64,000 bases of DNA from an uncultured Faecalibacterium sp. (GTDB taxonomy: Bacteria > Bacillota > Clostridia > Oscillospirales > Ruminococcaceae), in NCBI GenBank assembly GCA_937880095.1, contig CALFLK010000025.1, forward strand, positions 108,351 to 172,350, read 5' to 3'. How positions within the stretch are numbered: the first letter of the stretch is position 1; every line of letters starts with the position of its first letter. Under the pieces are notes generated by a model, which made no database searches, was not told where the DNA came from, and saw only the letters and a program-made list of their open reading frames with translations. A program made the translations under genes and the position numbers. Below are positions 20,417 to 29,983 of this stretch, piece after piece.

Positions 20417-22186
20417 TTACTGGGCGTCGATTTTTTCTTTCAATTCGTTTAGATAAACCCAGCGCTCAGTCTTTTCGTCCAGCTGGGCTTCCAATGCGGC
20501 ATGGGTTTCCGCCAGTTCCTGCAGTTTTACATAGTCCGTCACGCAGCGTGCCTGTTCGGCTTCACAAGCCGCAATCTGCTGTTCCAGTGCTGCCAAATCA
20601 TCGTCGATGGTTTCGTACTCCTTCTGCTCTTTATAGGTGAATTTCAGCTGACGGGTACGGGTACGCTCGCCGGATTTTTCCTTTTTCTGCTTTGCGGGGG
20701 CTTCTTCTTCCTTGCGCTTTGCTGCCCAGTCCGACCAGTTGCCGTTATAGCGCACGACCTCGCCATCGCCGCGCACCTCGAAAATGGTTTCTGCCAGCTT
20801 ATCCAAAAAGAAACGGTCATGGGAAACCGTCAAAATCGGACCGGGGAAGCTCTGCAAATAGTCCTCCAAAATGGACAGGGTCATAATATCCAAATCGTTA
20901 GTGGGCTCGTCCAGCAGCAGCACGTTGGGGGCTTCCATCAAGACCGACAGCAGATACAAACGGCGGCGCTCACCGCCGGACAGCCGACCAATGGGCACAG
21001 ACTGCAAGTCGCCGGGGAACATGAAACGCTCCATCATCTGCTTGGCGGTAAAAGTGCCTTCATCGGTACGCACTTCGTCGGAAATATCGTGGATAAAGTC
21101 GTAAACGCGCTGGTTCAAATCCAGCTCGCGACCTTCCTGCGTAAAGTAGCCGATTTTTACAGTTGCACCCATTTCCACTGCGCCGGAATCCGGCTCCAGC
21201 ACACCTGCAATGGTGTTCAGCAGGGTAGACTTACCTGCGCCGTTATGACCTACGATACCAATGCGGTCGCCCCGCAGGATTTTATAGGTAAAGTGGCTGA
21301 TAATGGGGCGACTATCAAAGGACTTGGATACATCCTCCAGCTCGATGATTTTTTTGCCCAGACGGCTGGAAGCTGCTGTCAGCTGGATGGTATCGTCGTA
21401 TTCGGGCGCATCCTGATTCAGCAAATCCTCATAACGCTGGATGCGCTCACGGGATTTGGTGGAGCGTGCCTTACAGCCACGCATAATCCACTCTCGTTCC
21501 ACACGCAGAATAGACTGACGCTTGCGCTCGCTGGCTTCTGCCATCTCCTGACGCTGTTCTTTCAGCTCCAGATACTTGGAGTAGTTGGCTTCGTAATGGT
21601 AGAGCTTGCCCTTATCCAGCTCGGTGATGTGATTGACCACGCGCTCCAAAAAATAGCGGTCATGGGTGACCATGATAATACCGCCACGGAATCGGCGTAG
21701 GCGGTCTTCCAGCCAGGACGTCATCTCTGCATCCAGGTGGTTGGTGGGCTCGTCCAGAATCAGCACATCTGCCGGTTGAATCAGCGCTGCTGCCAGTGCG
21801 ACACGCTTGCGCTGACCACCGGAAAGGGTACCGATTTTCTGGTTAAAATCCGGAATACCCAGCTGGTTCAGCATTGCCTTTGCTTCATATTCTTTCACGT
21901 TCTGGAAATCGGCAGGCAGATGCAAAAACACCTGCTCCAATACGGTTGCATCGTCCTGCATGGCAGGATTCTGCGAAAGATAGCTGATTTGTGCCCGGGG
22001 GCTGTGAAAAATTTTGCCGCCATCCGGCTCAATAACGCCCGCCAGCACTTTCAGAAAGGTAGATTTTCCGGTTCCGTTGATGCCGATGATGCCGGTTTTG
22101 GCACCTTCCGGCAAATAAAAATTCACATCATCCAGCAGCTGACGCGCGCCGAAATTGATGGAAAGATGTTCCGCAGATAAGAGCAT
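20417..22186 (-). CDS. ABC-F family ATPase (Uup-like; two ABC domains, no TM domain, C-terminal coiled coil)
   Basis: Has two Walker A motifs (GINGTGKST, GHNGAGKST), two LSGG signatures, an interdomain linker and a C-terminal coiled coil. Confidence 0.9.
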   Translation of the reverse strand: MLLSAEHLSINFGARQLLDDVNFYLPEGAKTGIIGINGTGKSTFLKVLAGVIEPDGGKIFHSPRAQISYLSQNPAMQDDATVLEQVFLHLPADFQNVKEYEAKAMLNQLGIPDFNQKIGTLSGGQRKRVALAAALIQPADVLILDEPTNHLDAEMTSWLEDRLRRFRGGIIMVTHDRYFLERVVNHITELDKGKLYHYEANYSKYLELKEQRQEMAEASERKRQSILRVEREWIMRGCKARSTKSRERIQRYEDLLNQDAPEYDDTIQLTAASSRLGKKIIELEDVSKSFDSRPIISHFTYKILRGDRIGIVGHNGAGKSTLLNTIAGVLEPDSGAVEMGATVKIGYFTQEGRELDLNQRVYDFIHDISDEVRTDEGTFTAKQMMERFMFPGDLQSVPIGRLSGGERRRLYLLSVLMEAPNVLLLDEPTNDLDIMTLSILEDYLQSFPGPILTVSHDRFFLDKLAETIFEVRGDGEVVRYNGNWSDWAAKRKEEEAPAKQKKEKSGERTRTRQLKFTYKEQKEYETIDDDLAALEQQIAACEAEQARCVTDYVKLQELAETHAALEAQLDEKTERWVYLNELKEKIDAQ

Positions 22187-22270
22187 AGTGACCTCCCGAT
22201 TTGATAAACACTTTCTTTATCATACCATAAAGTGCCCTGTTTGCGCATCCTTTTTCTCTGCGCCGCGTAC

Positions 22271-22302
22271 TTTTCCACAAAGAATGCATTTTCGGTGGAA
22301 AA
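22271..22302. promoter_or_regulatory. inverted repeat TTTTCCAC-N16-GTGGAAAA (DnaA-box-like half sites) upstream of the ABC-F gene
   Basis: Exact 8-bp arms at 22271-22278 and 22295-22302. The same arms and spacing recur at 55293-55324. Confidence 0.5.
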
Positions 22303-22313
22303 CAAAGACAAAG

Positions 22314-22345
22314 AAAAGCCGCCTGCAAAATGCAGACGGCTTTTT
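22314..22345. terminator. bidirectional intrinsic terminator
   Basis: Stem GCCGCCTGCA/TGCAGACGGC is flanked by A and T runs, downstream of the nuclease gene. Confidence 0.8.
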
Positions 22346-22355
22346 ATCATTTTAT

Positions 22356-23291
22356 TTACGGCTTGCAGCGCTGGCAGGGCTCATAGCCTTCGCTGATCAG
22401 ATCCTCGCGGCTGCCGGTATAAGTCTTGCGGTTTTCCTTTTTGATGGAATCCACACCGGAGCAGTTTTCCTTATGGAACTTTTTCGAGCTGGTGTTCAGC
22501 ACATAGGTTGTGCTTTCTGCGTCCGGCTGCGCCGGACCATCCTCGCTCAGCCAGCTTTCGCCGGTAGCGTAGTCAATGGTGATCTGAGGCTGGACGTTAT
22601 AGGCAAACACGCAGAACATCACTTCTTCGCCCGCGTCTTCCACCGAGTAGCCTTCCATCAAAACGCCCTGCGCAACCAAATCGTCCCCATCAAAAATCGG
22701 GGTGACACGGTATGCCACATGGTTGTTTGTTTCCTTGACGTAGTCCGCCACCATATTTTCAAAAGGCAGCATACCGTCGATATTCAGGTAACGGGTACCG
22801 GTAATCAAATTGCTTTTGTTGGCGTTTTCCGCCGTCAGCTGGTAGCCAATCAGATGGCAGCGATTGTACAGGTATTTACCGTCCACGCTGTCATACTTAG
22901 CGGTCTGCCAGCCGGTAGGCTTGACCTGACCGATATTGCCGCGCTTTTCGGTGGGCATGATATCCTGACCAACACAAGCGTATGTAACACCGCAGCGACC
23001 CAAATCATCCAGATCACTGTAATACTCCACCGAAGCTGCCGGAATGTTATTCAAATCAAAGAACGGCACATTATCGTTGATTGCCACATATGCATCCCCG
23101 GTATACGCCGGGATATCTTCCACCGTAAAGGGAATTTCTGCATTCGGTTCCCAGACACCATCTACAGGTGCCTGTGCCGTAACGGTGCTACTGCTCGGCT
23201 GGGAATTGTTCAGCGCAACATCGCTGCCGCAGCCAACCAGACAAGATACAAACAATACCAGCGCAAGCAGCGCTGCCTTTAATTTCTTCAT
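22356..23291 (-). CDS. secreted lipoprotein DNA/RNA non-specific endonuclease (EndA/NucA-like) with a C-terminal Cys/His metal-binding tail
   Basis: Has a lipobox (LVGCGS) and a nuclease core with NRCHLIGYQL and a GTRYLN-type motif. The C-terminus reads FHKENC...PCQRC. Confidence 0.75.
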   Translation of the reverse strand: MKKLKAALLALVLFVSCLVGCGSDVALNNSQPSSSTVTAQAPVDGVWEPNAEIPFTVEDIPAYTGDAYVAINDNVPFFDLNNIPAASVEYYSDLDDLGRCGVTYACVGQDIMPTEKRGNIGQVKPTGWQTAKYDSVDGKYLYNRCHLIGYQLTAENANKSNLITGTRYLNIDGMLPFENMVADYVKETNNHVAYRVTPIFDGDDLVAQGVLMEGYSVEDAGEEVMFCVFAYNVQPQITIDYATGESWLSEDGPAQPDAESTTYVLNTSSKKFHKENCSGVDSIKKENRKTYTGSREDLISEGYEPCQRCKP

Positions 23292-23701
23292 TTGTTATAA
23301 ATCTCCTTCGTGATTTTCTCATGGGACGAACCGGCAAAGTCACAGCTTTCCACCAGCGTCCAGCCATGCTCCCGCAGCGGCAGATCAAAATGCGTATCCG
23401 CCGGGTAAGTACGGTTCCAGCGGAACAGAATCACCTGTTCCAGCTTTGCTTCATAGGGTGCCAGCGGGGTACCCTCGACAAAGCAGAAATCGCCGGGCTG
23501 TGCAGTTTCCAGAAAATCTTCTGCTGCATCCAGACGTACCTGCTCCTCTGCTTCAAACTGTTTGGCGGAATAGGGGGACAGCTTCAGCTTTTTATCGCCC
23601 AGCATCCCCAACATTTCGGCACGCAGCACCTTATCTTTACTCTGGCGGCGGTGATTAAACATGGTTCCGCCGTTATCGTCGATACAAATCATTGCGATCA
23701 T
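23288..23701 (-). CDS. small cytoplasmic protein, DHFR/RibD-C-like fold (function unknown)
   Basis: The start was set at ATG 23701 (AGGTGA RBS). The sequence beginning MIAMICIDDNGG resembles the first strand and loop of dihydrofolate-reductase-like proteins. The stop overlaps the nuclease start (ATGA). Confidence 0.5.
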   Translation of the reverse strand: MIAMICIDDNGGTMFNHRRQSKDKVLRAEMLGMLGDKKLKLSPYSAKQFEAEEQVRLDAAEDFLETAQPGDFCFVEGTPLAPYEAKLEQVILFRWNRTYPADTHFDLPLREHGWTLVESCDFAGSSHEKITKEIYNK

Positions 23702-23853
23702 GCGTGATTCACCTGATTCCTTATTTTGATAGGGGTGTTCGCCCCGTACCATTATACGAAGCAACCCCGCCATCGTCAACGCACACGGTTCGTCTGCTAA
23801 AAAGAAAAGCATCTGCCGCTTTCAAAAGGGCAGATGCCTTTCGCTGTTCTGTT

Positions 23854-24711
23854 TTATTTGCGTGCTTTTTGTTTTTTCTCCAAGATTTCCTGCACCTGCT
23901 GCTGGGTCAAATTCGTCAGCGGTTTCGGTGCTGTATTGCCCTTACGCAATGCCAGATGCCAAGTAGAAAGCCCAATCCATTTGCCCAGTTTATAGCCGGT
24001 ATGAGGGGTTCGTCCCTCACACACGAAGCCGTATTTTTGGTGAAATGCTTCGCTGGCAGGATTAGGGTCGGCAATCAGTGCATATACATTCCATACGCCC
24101 TGCTGCCGCAGCATCTCTAAAAGCGGAGGATACAGCGCATTCCCTACGCCCATACCACGGGCATCCGGTGCGCAGTAAATGGTGATTTCTCGATCCCAGT
24201 CAAAAGCTTCCCGCTCGTGCCAGCGATGCACGCAGGCAAAGCCCATCAAGCGACCTGCACCATCTCGTGCCAGCAGCATCGGCGCAACCGCCAAGGTACC
24301 TGCCACCCATTTTTCATACTGGGGCAGGGTAGACGGCGTAATTTGGAAGGTCGCACGGCTGTTTTCCACATACCAGTTATACAGCGACAAAATGTCGGCA
24401 GTGTCTGCCTGTGTGGCAACCGAAAGCCGTGGGCGGCGGTTTTCCGCCCAAGATGCGCACAGCGCTTCTTTTTTTGCCTTGGGCAATTTTTTGATAGCGG
24501 CTTCCCGCTTCAAAGCAGCCGATTTATCGGACAGCTGTTCCAGATAGGCAAAGCCTTCGGGTGGAAATGCGTGGGTAAACTTGGCACCGCCCTGTCCGTT
24601 TTTGTGGGCGTACAGCCGAGCTGGTGGGTCATCCGTCCAGCCGGTATACAGTCGGTCGCCCTCGCAGCGCAGCATATAGACGAATGCGGGGTGCTGGCTT
24701 TGGGTTTCCAT
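23854..24711 (-). CDS. fusion protein: N-terminal GIY-YIG domain plus C-terminal GNAT (phosphinothricin-acetyltransferase-like) domain
   Basis: The GIY-YIG part reads FVYMLRC..RLYTGWT...R...H. The GNAT core contains RGMGVG. The start at 24711 has a GGAGGAG RBS. Confidence 0.8.
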   Translation of the reverse strand: METQSQHPAFVYMLRCEGDRLYTGWTDDPPARLYAHKNGQGGAKFTHAFPPEGFAYLEQLSDKSAALKREAAIKKLPKAKKEALCASWAENRRPRLSVATQADTADILSLYNWYVENSRATFQITPSTLPQYEKWVAGTLAVAPMLLARDGAGRLMGFACVHRWHEREAFDWDREITIYCAPDARGMGVGNALYPPLLEMLRQQGVWNVYALIADPNPASEAFHQKYGFVCEGRTPHTGYKLGKWIGLSTWHLALRKGNTAPKPLTNLTQQQVQEILEKKQKARK

Positions 24712-24746
24712 GGGCAGCTCCTCCTTTTTCCGGGCAATCAAATCGC

Positions 24747-25574
24747 TTACAGGCGACCGTTATTGCGCAGCACCTGACGGCAGGCTTCGATTGCCTGCTC
24801 CTTGGTGTCGGCAGTAATCAAAAAGCGGCTTGCATGGCAGAAACGGATGCCTTCCAGACCACTCTTCTGTGCAATGACCTCCGGGGTCTGACCTGCCCAA
24901 GAAGCCGGGAACGGCAGCTTGCTGCGCTTGGTTTTGCGGTCATTCACACACTGTGCGCTCCAACCGCCGCGCTGGCTGGGATATACCACAAACAGCGCAT
25001 CGGTGCGGTACAGACCGTTTTTCCAAGGCAGGTAGCAAGGCAGTACCACGATGCCATTCTGGCTTTCCCGGTAAGCAGCCTGCACCTTGTCGTCTGCACG
25101 GTTTACCGCACGGGCAGATTCAATCTGACGCTCCAGAATCTGGCGTGCCACTGCAACCGCCTGGAAGAAGCATTCGTCGCTGTTCTGATCCGAATCCCAA
25201 ACCGGGTTAAAGAAACCGATGGCATCGCACAGGCTGTTCTGCTCGCCGGTGTTGTCGTTCAAATCCAGCGGCTGAATAAAGTTTTCATCAATCAGACGTG
25301 CCTGATTTTCGCCTACCAGACCCGGTCCCAGCACCTGCCACAGCAGACCGAAAGCAGCGTACGGCACACCGTTTGCACGGTACTCGCGAGGCTCCTGATG
25401 GTGGTCAAACATACCAAAGCCGACATCATATACAATGCCGTCAAAATCATCCGGCACGGTGAAACCGCGGGTGATCTGGATGTCGGGGCGAATAATCTGC
25501 AAAAGCGCCGTGGAGAACACGTCGTCTGCATGGAATTTACCGCCATGGGTAAAGCCGGTTGCGGGAATTTTCAT
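24747..25574 (-). CDS. MYG1/UPF0160 family metal-dependent hydrolase
   Basis: Has THGGKFHADDV and GMFDHHQ motifs. The start at 25574 has a GGAGG RBS. Confidence 0.8.
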   Translation of the reverse strand: MKIPATGFTHGGKFHADDVFSTALLQIIRPDIQITRGFTVPDDFDGIVYDVGFGMFDHHQEPREYRANGVPYAAFGLLWQVLGPGLVGENQARLIDENFIQPLDLNDNTGEQNSLCDAIGFFNPVWDSDQNSDECFFQAVAVARQILERQIESARAVNRADDKVQAAYRESQNGIVVLPCYLPWKNGLYRTDALFVVYPSQRGGWSAQCVNDRKTKRSKLPFPASWAGQTPEVIAQKSGLEGIRFCHASRFLITADTKEQAIEACRQVLRNNGRL

Positions 25575-25770
25575 GGTAGAACCTCCTGGGTAAAGCGGCA
25601 AATGCCGCAGTTATCATTTTCAGCAGGGCTGTACCCCGCGTAACATCTTATATTAGCACACTCCGCGCAGCAGACGCAAGCACACCCGAAAGCGGTTTTG
25701 TGTCGATTTCTGCCGCATCCTGTGTTACAATACTGGTAATCTATTTTATCGTTTCCAAGGAGGTGCCCCT

Positions 25771-27969
25771 ATGCGTTCTTCCACCCATGCCCATGCGCAT
25801 CACGCCGCTGCGCAAAAGAGAAAATCCTCGCACAGCGGTACATTTTTTCTGACTGCGCTTTTGGTTCTGATTCTGATTGCCGTGGTGCTGTTTGTATTTC
25901 AGCCCACGGAAAAAGCCCTGCCTGTGCCGGAGCAGCCCCGCATTGTGCGTCTGGACGCCGGCTGGACCGATCAACTGGTCCAATGCGGCAACGACAAAGC
26001 CGTGAAAGCCTTTATCGACCAGACCATTGATGAAATTGCGGCGACTCCGTTCGGTATCAATGCTGTTGTTTGGGACGGCAAAACCCCGGACGGCGAAGCC
26101 CTGTTTATTGACGACACCAAAACGCTGCCGCACGCAGCCTTTTTGTCTGACCGCTTCGATGCGATGGATTATCTGCTTCATTCCGCTGAAAAAGCAGACT
26201 TGACCGTTTATCTGGAAAGCCTGCTGCCGAACCCCGAAGACGAAGTTATCACAGATCTGGCAGAAAAACATGAAATGCCGCTGCTTTCACCCAATGTTCT
26301 AAGCAGCCAGACCCCCGGCTGGGAATCCGGTGAAGTGCAGCTGCTGGATGCCTCTGCTGGCGGTGAACGTGCTGCACTGGCTTTACAGCAGGGCAGCACC
26401 GCTGCCGGTGTCATGCTGGGCGACTGGAGCGTCCTGCGCCAAGACCCTTCCGAGGCAGTTCTGTTCAACGCATTTTTAGACGGCACGCTGGACGACCCCA
26501 CGCAGGCATGGGCAGGCAAAGAACTTGCTCAGACTTTGGCGGTTACTTATCCGCAGCACGATAACGCCAAACTGTACGACAAGAATGTTTTCCTGATGGG
26601 TACCAGCAACCCGGATGCTCCTTTGACTTTGAACGGTCAGCCGGTAGAGCGTTTTACCCAGCAGGGCAGCTGGGGTGTTTTGCTCCCGCTGGAATACGGC
26701 GACAACACATTCACGATGGAAAACGGCGGTGAACCGCTGGAATTCCACATTGAAAAGCCCAAACCCGACCCCAACAAAAAGCCTGCTAAACCCGAACCGC
26801 CCCAGCCGGACGGCACCCCGGGCGAAGAAGCAATCGGCAAGAAAGTACAGGTCACCGATGCCATTGCCAGCGCACTGACCGAACCTTGGAAGTCCTCTTC
26901 CATTGAAGATACACTGTATCAGGGTGCTGTCGCTGAGGTTGTGGGTGTGACTGAGTACCAGTCCGGCAACATTATGACCCACGCATACAAGCTGTCTACT
27001 GGCGGTTGGGTGCGCGCAAAGACCAGTACCATCGTGGACCTGCCGGATGCTGCTTTTACCGGCGCAACCATTTCTGAGGACGAAGCCAGCCGCAGCACGG
27101 TTCTGGAATTTACCGGAAACGGCACCCCTGCTGTATACCACACTTGGGAGGGCAACCAACTCACTCTGCGGCTGCTGAGCGCACAATGGAGTGGTACGCT
27201 GCCCGAAAGCGAACGCTTCACTGCTTCCATTGAACAACAGGACAAGGACCTCCTGCTGACCCTGAACTTCTCTGACGCAGACCCGCTGTACGGCTGGGCA
27301 GTCAACTACGAGGACGGTATCACCCGCCTGTACTTCAAGCACAAGCCCGTTCTGGCTGACGGCGCAAAGCCTTTGACTGGTCTAACCATCATGCTGGACC
27401 CCGGTCATGGTGAAGGCGACAACGGTGCAGTCGGCAGCGGTGGTCTTTCGGCGCCTGTAGAAAAAGACGCAAATCTTGCGCTTGCACTGGCAACCCGCAC
27501 CCGTTTGGAACAGCTGGGCGCAACGGTTGTGATGACCCGCACGGAAGACACCTTCCCCACGCTGGGCGACCGTGTTACTGCACTGAATACCCAGCACCCC
27601 GACCTGTTCATCTCGATTCACCACAACAGTATTGATTTGACGCGGGACGTAAACGGCGTGAACGGCACCGAAGCCTACTGGTTCTATGAAGAAGGCACCG
27701 AACTTGCCCGCCTGCTGACCGAAAATGTCACCAGCGCAATCAATGCGGTTCGCCCTGAACCTCATCAGGACCGGGGCAATTCCTACGGTTACTACTATGT
27801 GACCCGCTCCAACATCTGCCCCGCAACCCTTTTGGAAGCTGCGTTTATGACCAACCCCGCCGACTACGAGCTTTCCATCAATTCGGATGTGATTTGGTCC
27901 GAAGCTGGCGGCATCGCAAGAGCTGTATATCAGTTTTTGCGGGAAGCTGCGCTGCCCACCGCCGCTTAA
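25771..27969 (+). CDS. membrane-anchored N-acetylmuramoyl-L-alanine amidase (C-terminal Amidase_3 domain) with a large N-terminal extracellular region
   Basis: Has an N-terminal TM helix. The C-terminal domain carries LDPGHGEGDNGA ... ISIHHNS ... EAAFMTNP motifs. An RBS (AAGGAGG) is present. Confidence 0.85.
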   Translation: MRSSTHAHAHHAAAQKRKSSHSGTFFLTALLVLILIAVVLFVFQPTEKALPVPEQPRIVRLDAGWTDQLVQCGNDKAVKAFIDQTIDEIAATPFGINAVVWDGKTPDGEALFIDDTKTLPHAAFLSDRFDAMDYLLHSAEKADLTVYLESLLPNPEDEVITDLAEKHEMPLLSPNVLSSQTPGWESGEVQLLDASAGGERAALALQQGSTAAGVMLGDWSVLRQDPSEAVLFNAFLDGTLDDPTQAWAGKELAQTLAVTYPQHDNAKLYDKNVFLMGTSNPDAPLTLNGQPVERFTQQGSWGVLLPLEYGDNTFTMENGGEPLEFHIEKPKPDPNKKPAKPEPPQPDGTPGEEAIGKKVQVTDAIASALTEPWKSSSIEDTLYQGAVAEVVGVTEYQSGNIMTHAYKLSTGGWVRAKTSTIVDLPDAAFTGATISEDEASRSTVLEFTGNGTPAVYHTWEGNQLTLRLLSAQWSGTLPESERFTASIEQQDKDLLLTLNFSDADPLYGWAVNYEDGITRLYFKHKPVLADGAKPLTGLTIMLDPGHGEGDNGAVGSGGLSAPVEKDANLALALATRTRLEQLGATVVMTRTEDTFPTLGDRVTALNTQHPDLFISIHHNSIDLTRDVNGVNGTEAYWFYEEGTELARLLTENVTSAINAVRPEPHQDRGNSYGYYYVTRSNICPATLLEAAFMTNPADYELSINSDVIWSEAGGIARAVYQFLREAALPTAA

Positions 27970-27984
27970 ATCCACAAAAACAAA

Positions 27985-28017
27985 GAATGCCGCCCGCAGG
28001 TCGGGCGGCATTTTTGT
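27985..28017 (+). terminator. intrinsic terminator
   Basis: Stem TGCCGCCCG/CGGGCGGCA is followed by T5. Confidence 0.85.
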
Positions 28018-28117
28018 TGGCAAAAAAGCACATCTTTTCGCACAAGCGCGCCTTTTTTGCCGATTTTGTGCTATACTAATACACTGACGATATCATCAAA
28101 GTGAGTAGGAGACTATC

Positions 28118-28774
28118 ATGGTAGAAGCGGTTATTTTTGATATGGACGGCTTGATGTTCGACACCGAAAGTGTCTGGACTTCTTTGTGGGAACCGGTTTT
28201 GAAAACCTTCGGTATTCCGCTGCCCGTCGGGCTTGCTGACGCAACCCGCGGTACGGCAGGCGTACAGCTGCGCAATATTGTGGGGCAATACTGTGGACCC
28301 GACCACGACCCGCAGGAAATTCTGGAAGAAATGTGGCGTCAGGGTGATTTGGTTTTTGCCAAGGGTGTTGCCAAAAAGCCCGGTCTGGATGCGCTGCTGA
28401 GCTGGTTGAAAGAACATAATATCCCGGTTGCTGTTGCAAGCAGCAGCCTGCCCCATTACATCCATCAGAATTTGAAGAACGGCAACATTGAATCGTACTT
28501 TTCTACGATTGTCAGCGGCGATATGATTGAGCATTCCAAGCCCGCACCGGATATCTTCCTGAAGGCTGCTGCGCTTCTGGGTGCAGACCGCCATCACACG
28601 CTGGTTTTGGAAGACAGCTACAACGGCGTGCGCGCGGGTCGTGCCGGTGATTTTATTACCGTCATGGTTCCGGATCTGATGCCGGCAAACGAAGAAATGG
28701 CAAGACTGTACGACGCTTGCTGCAAAGATTTGTTTGAGGTGCGTGACCTGCTGGAGCAGGGTAAGCTGGGCTGA
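28118..28774 (+). CDS. HAD-superfamily phosphatase (beta-phosphoglucomutase family)
   Basis: Has FDMDGLMFDTE motif I and a later EDS..G motif. An RBS (AGGAG) is present. Confidence 0.85.
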   Translation: MVEAVIFDMDGLMFDTESVWTSLWEPVLKTFGIPLPVGLADATRGTAGVQLRNIVGQYCGPDHDPQEILEEMWRQGDLVFAKGVAKKPGLDALLSWLKEHNIPVAVASSSLPHYIHQNLKNGNIESYFSTIVSGDMIEHSKPAPDIFLKAAALLGADRHHTLVLEDSYNGVRAGRAGDFITVMVPDLMPANEEMARLYDACCKDLFEVRDLLEQGKLG

Positions 28775-28807
28775 TTTGCCCCCAGTAAGAGATAAGGTTT
28801 ATACAAT

Positions 28808-28847
28808 AAAAAGAGGTGCGTATCCACTGAGATACGCACCTCTTTTT
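28808..28847. terminator. bidirectional intrinsic terminator
   Basis: A 12-bp stem GAGGTGCGTATC/GATACGCACCTC is flanked by A5 and T5. Confidence 0.85.
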
Positions 28848-28882
28848 CCTTACTTTTGAAAGCGCACTTACGGTTTCGCGCA

Positions 28883-29461
28883 TCAAACGCTTTCTGTTTC
28901 ATCTATGCACTCTGTGATTACTCGGCACCGTAAGCCGGTCATAATCGCATCATCCAGCCACATGGTATACACGGTAAAGCGCTGGGTTGTGATATCTTGC
29001 ACATTTTGCAAATTTTCAATCACATACACCCCATGCTGCTCGCACAGTCGGTCTGCTGCTTCGTGTTCGCTATGCTGCCGAATGCCCGGGCAATCCACAC
29101 CGACAAAGCGGATTTTCTTCTCTGCCAATTTGCGAATCAGTGCCTGCGAAAGCTGCGGATGATCTTCAAAATAGGCAGGTTCGCCATACGGATGTGCCTC
29201 CATGCGACCGGTACGGAAAAGGACAAAATCGTTTTCCTTCACCAAATCGAGGGAAATATCCTCCGGCATCACTTCGGGATAGGCACGCACATCAAACAAA
29301 ACACCCTCGGACTTAAAATACTCCAGCGGAATTTTGCTTTTTTCGTAGGTATCCAGATGCGTTCCCACATGACCCATCGCGATATGGGGATTATCCTGCG
29401 ATTTTGCCCACAACATCTGCGGGCTGTCCTGAGAAACTACTGTCGTTAAATCCACAAACAT
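28883..29461 (-). CDS. cyclase-family protein (kynurenine-formamidase-like)
   Basis: Has the HVGTHLD motif typical of the putative cyclase family and matches the family in size. Confidence 0.7.
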   Translation of the reverse strand: MFVDLTTVVSQDSPQMLWAKSQDNPHIAMGHVGTHLDTYEKSKIPLEYFKSEGVLFDVRAYPEVMPEDISLDLVKENDFVLFRTGRMEAHPYGEPAYFEDHPQLSQALIRKLAEKKIRFVGVDCPGIRQHSEHEAADRLCEQHGVYVIENLQNVQDITTQRFTVYTMWLDDAIMTGLRCRVITECIDETESV

Positions 29462-29502
29462 ATCTACATTCCTCTTTATAAACAGCTGATTGCCGTTCTC
29501 TT

Positions 29503-29901
29503 TTACTGGAAATGCCGCAAATCGCCCTTTTCCTCAATGGACAAGAACACGCCGTTCGGCACACAGGATGCAAACGCCAGATGTCGATTCAGCCAGCCAA
29601 AGCCTTCGCATACATGGTCGGGGCAAGGGCTGTTGACGAAAGCCGCCGCACCGTCTTTGATCTGAATATGTACGGTGTCGAATACCGTTTCAATATCGTA
29701 AGTTTTGTCCTCATCCAGCGGAAGAATCATCTGCTGGGAGCCGTTTTTGCCTTCGTACTGCACAAATGCGCACAGCTCGTGGGCATCCTTCTGATGCAGC
29801 CAGTACCAGCCAGCCAGTGCTGCTGCCAGAACCAACACAACCACCACAAAAATCAAGTTCATTTTCTTGCCGCTTACGGGCTTTTTCTCTTTTGCTTCCA
29901 C
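29503..29901 (-). CDS. NusG domain II-containing membrane protein (DUF1312-like)
   Basis: Has an N-terminal TM helix followed by a CPDHVC ... C motif. The apparent start is a GTG at 29899-29901, preceded by AAAGGA. Confidence 0.65.
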   Translation of the reverse strand: MEAKEKKPVSGKKMNLIFVVVVLVLAAALAGWYWLHQKDAHELCAFVQYEGKNGSQQMILPLDEDKTYDIETVFDTVHIQIKDGAAAFVNSPCPDHVCEGFGWLNRHLAFASCVPNGVFLSIEEKGDLRHFQ

Positions 29902-29929
29902 TGAAGAATTCCTTTCTATGATACAAGCT

Positions 29930-29970
29930 TTTTACAGAAAAATGCTCGCCGGAAAAATCCGGCGAGCATG
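29930..29970 (-). terminator. intrinsic terminator of tig
   Basis: A 12-bp stem ATGCTCGCCGGA/TCCGGCGAGCAT is followed by a T-run on the minus strand. Confidence 0.85.
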
Positions 29971-29983
29971 ATGAAAGCAGTGC

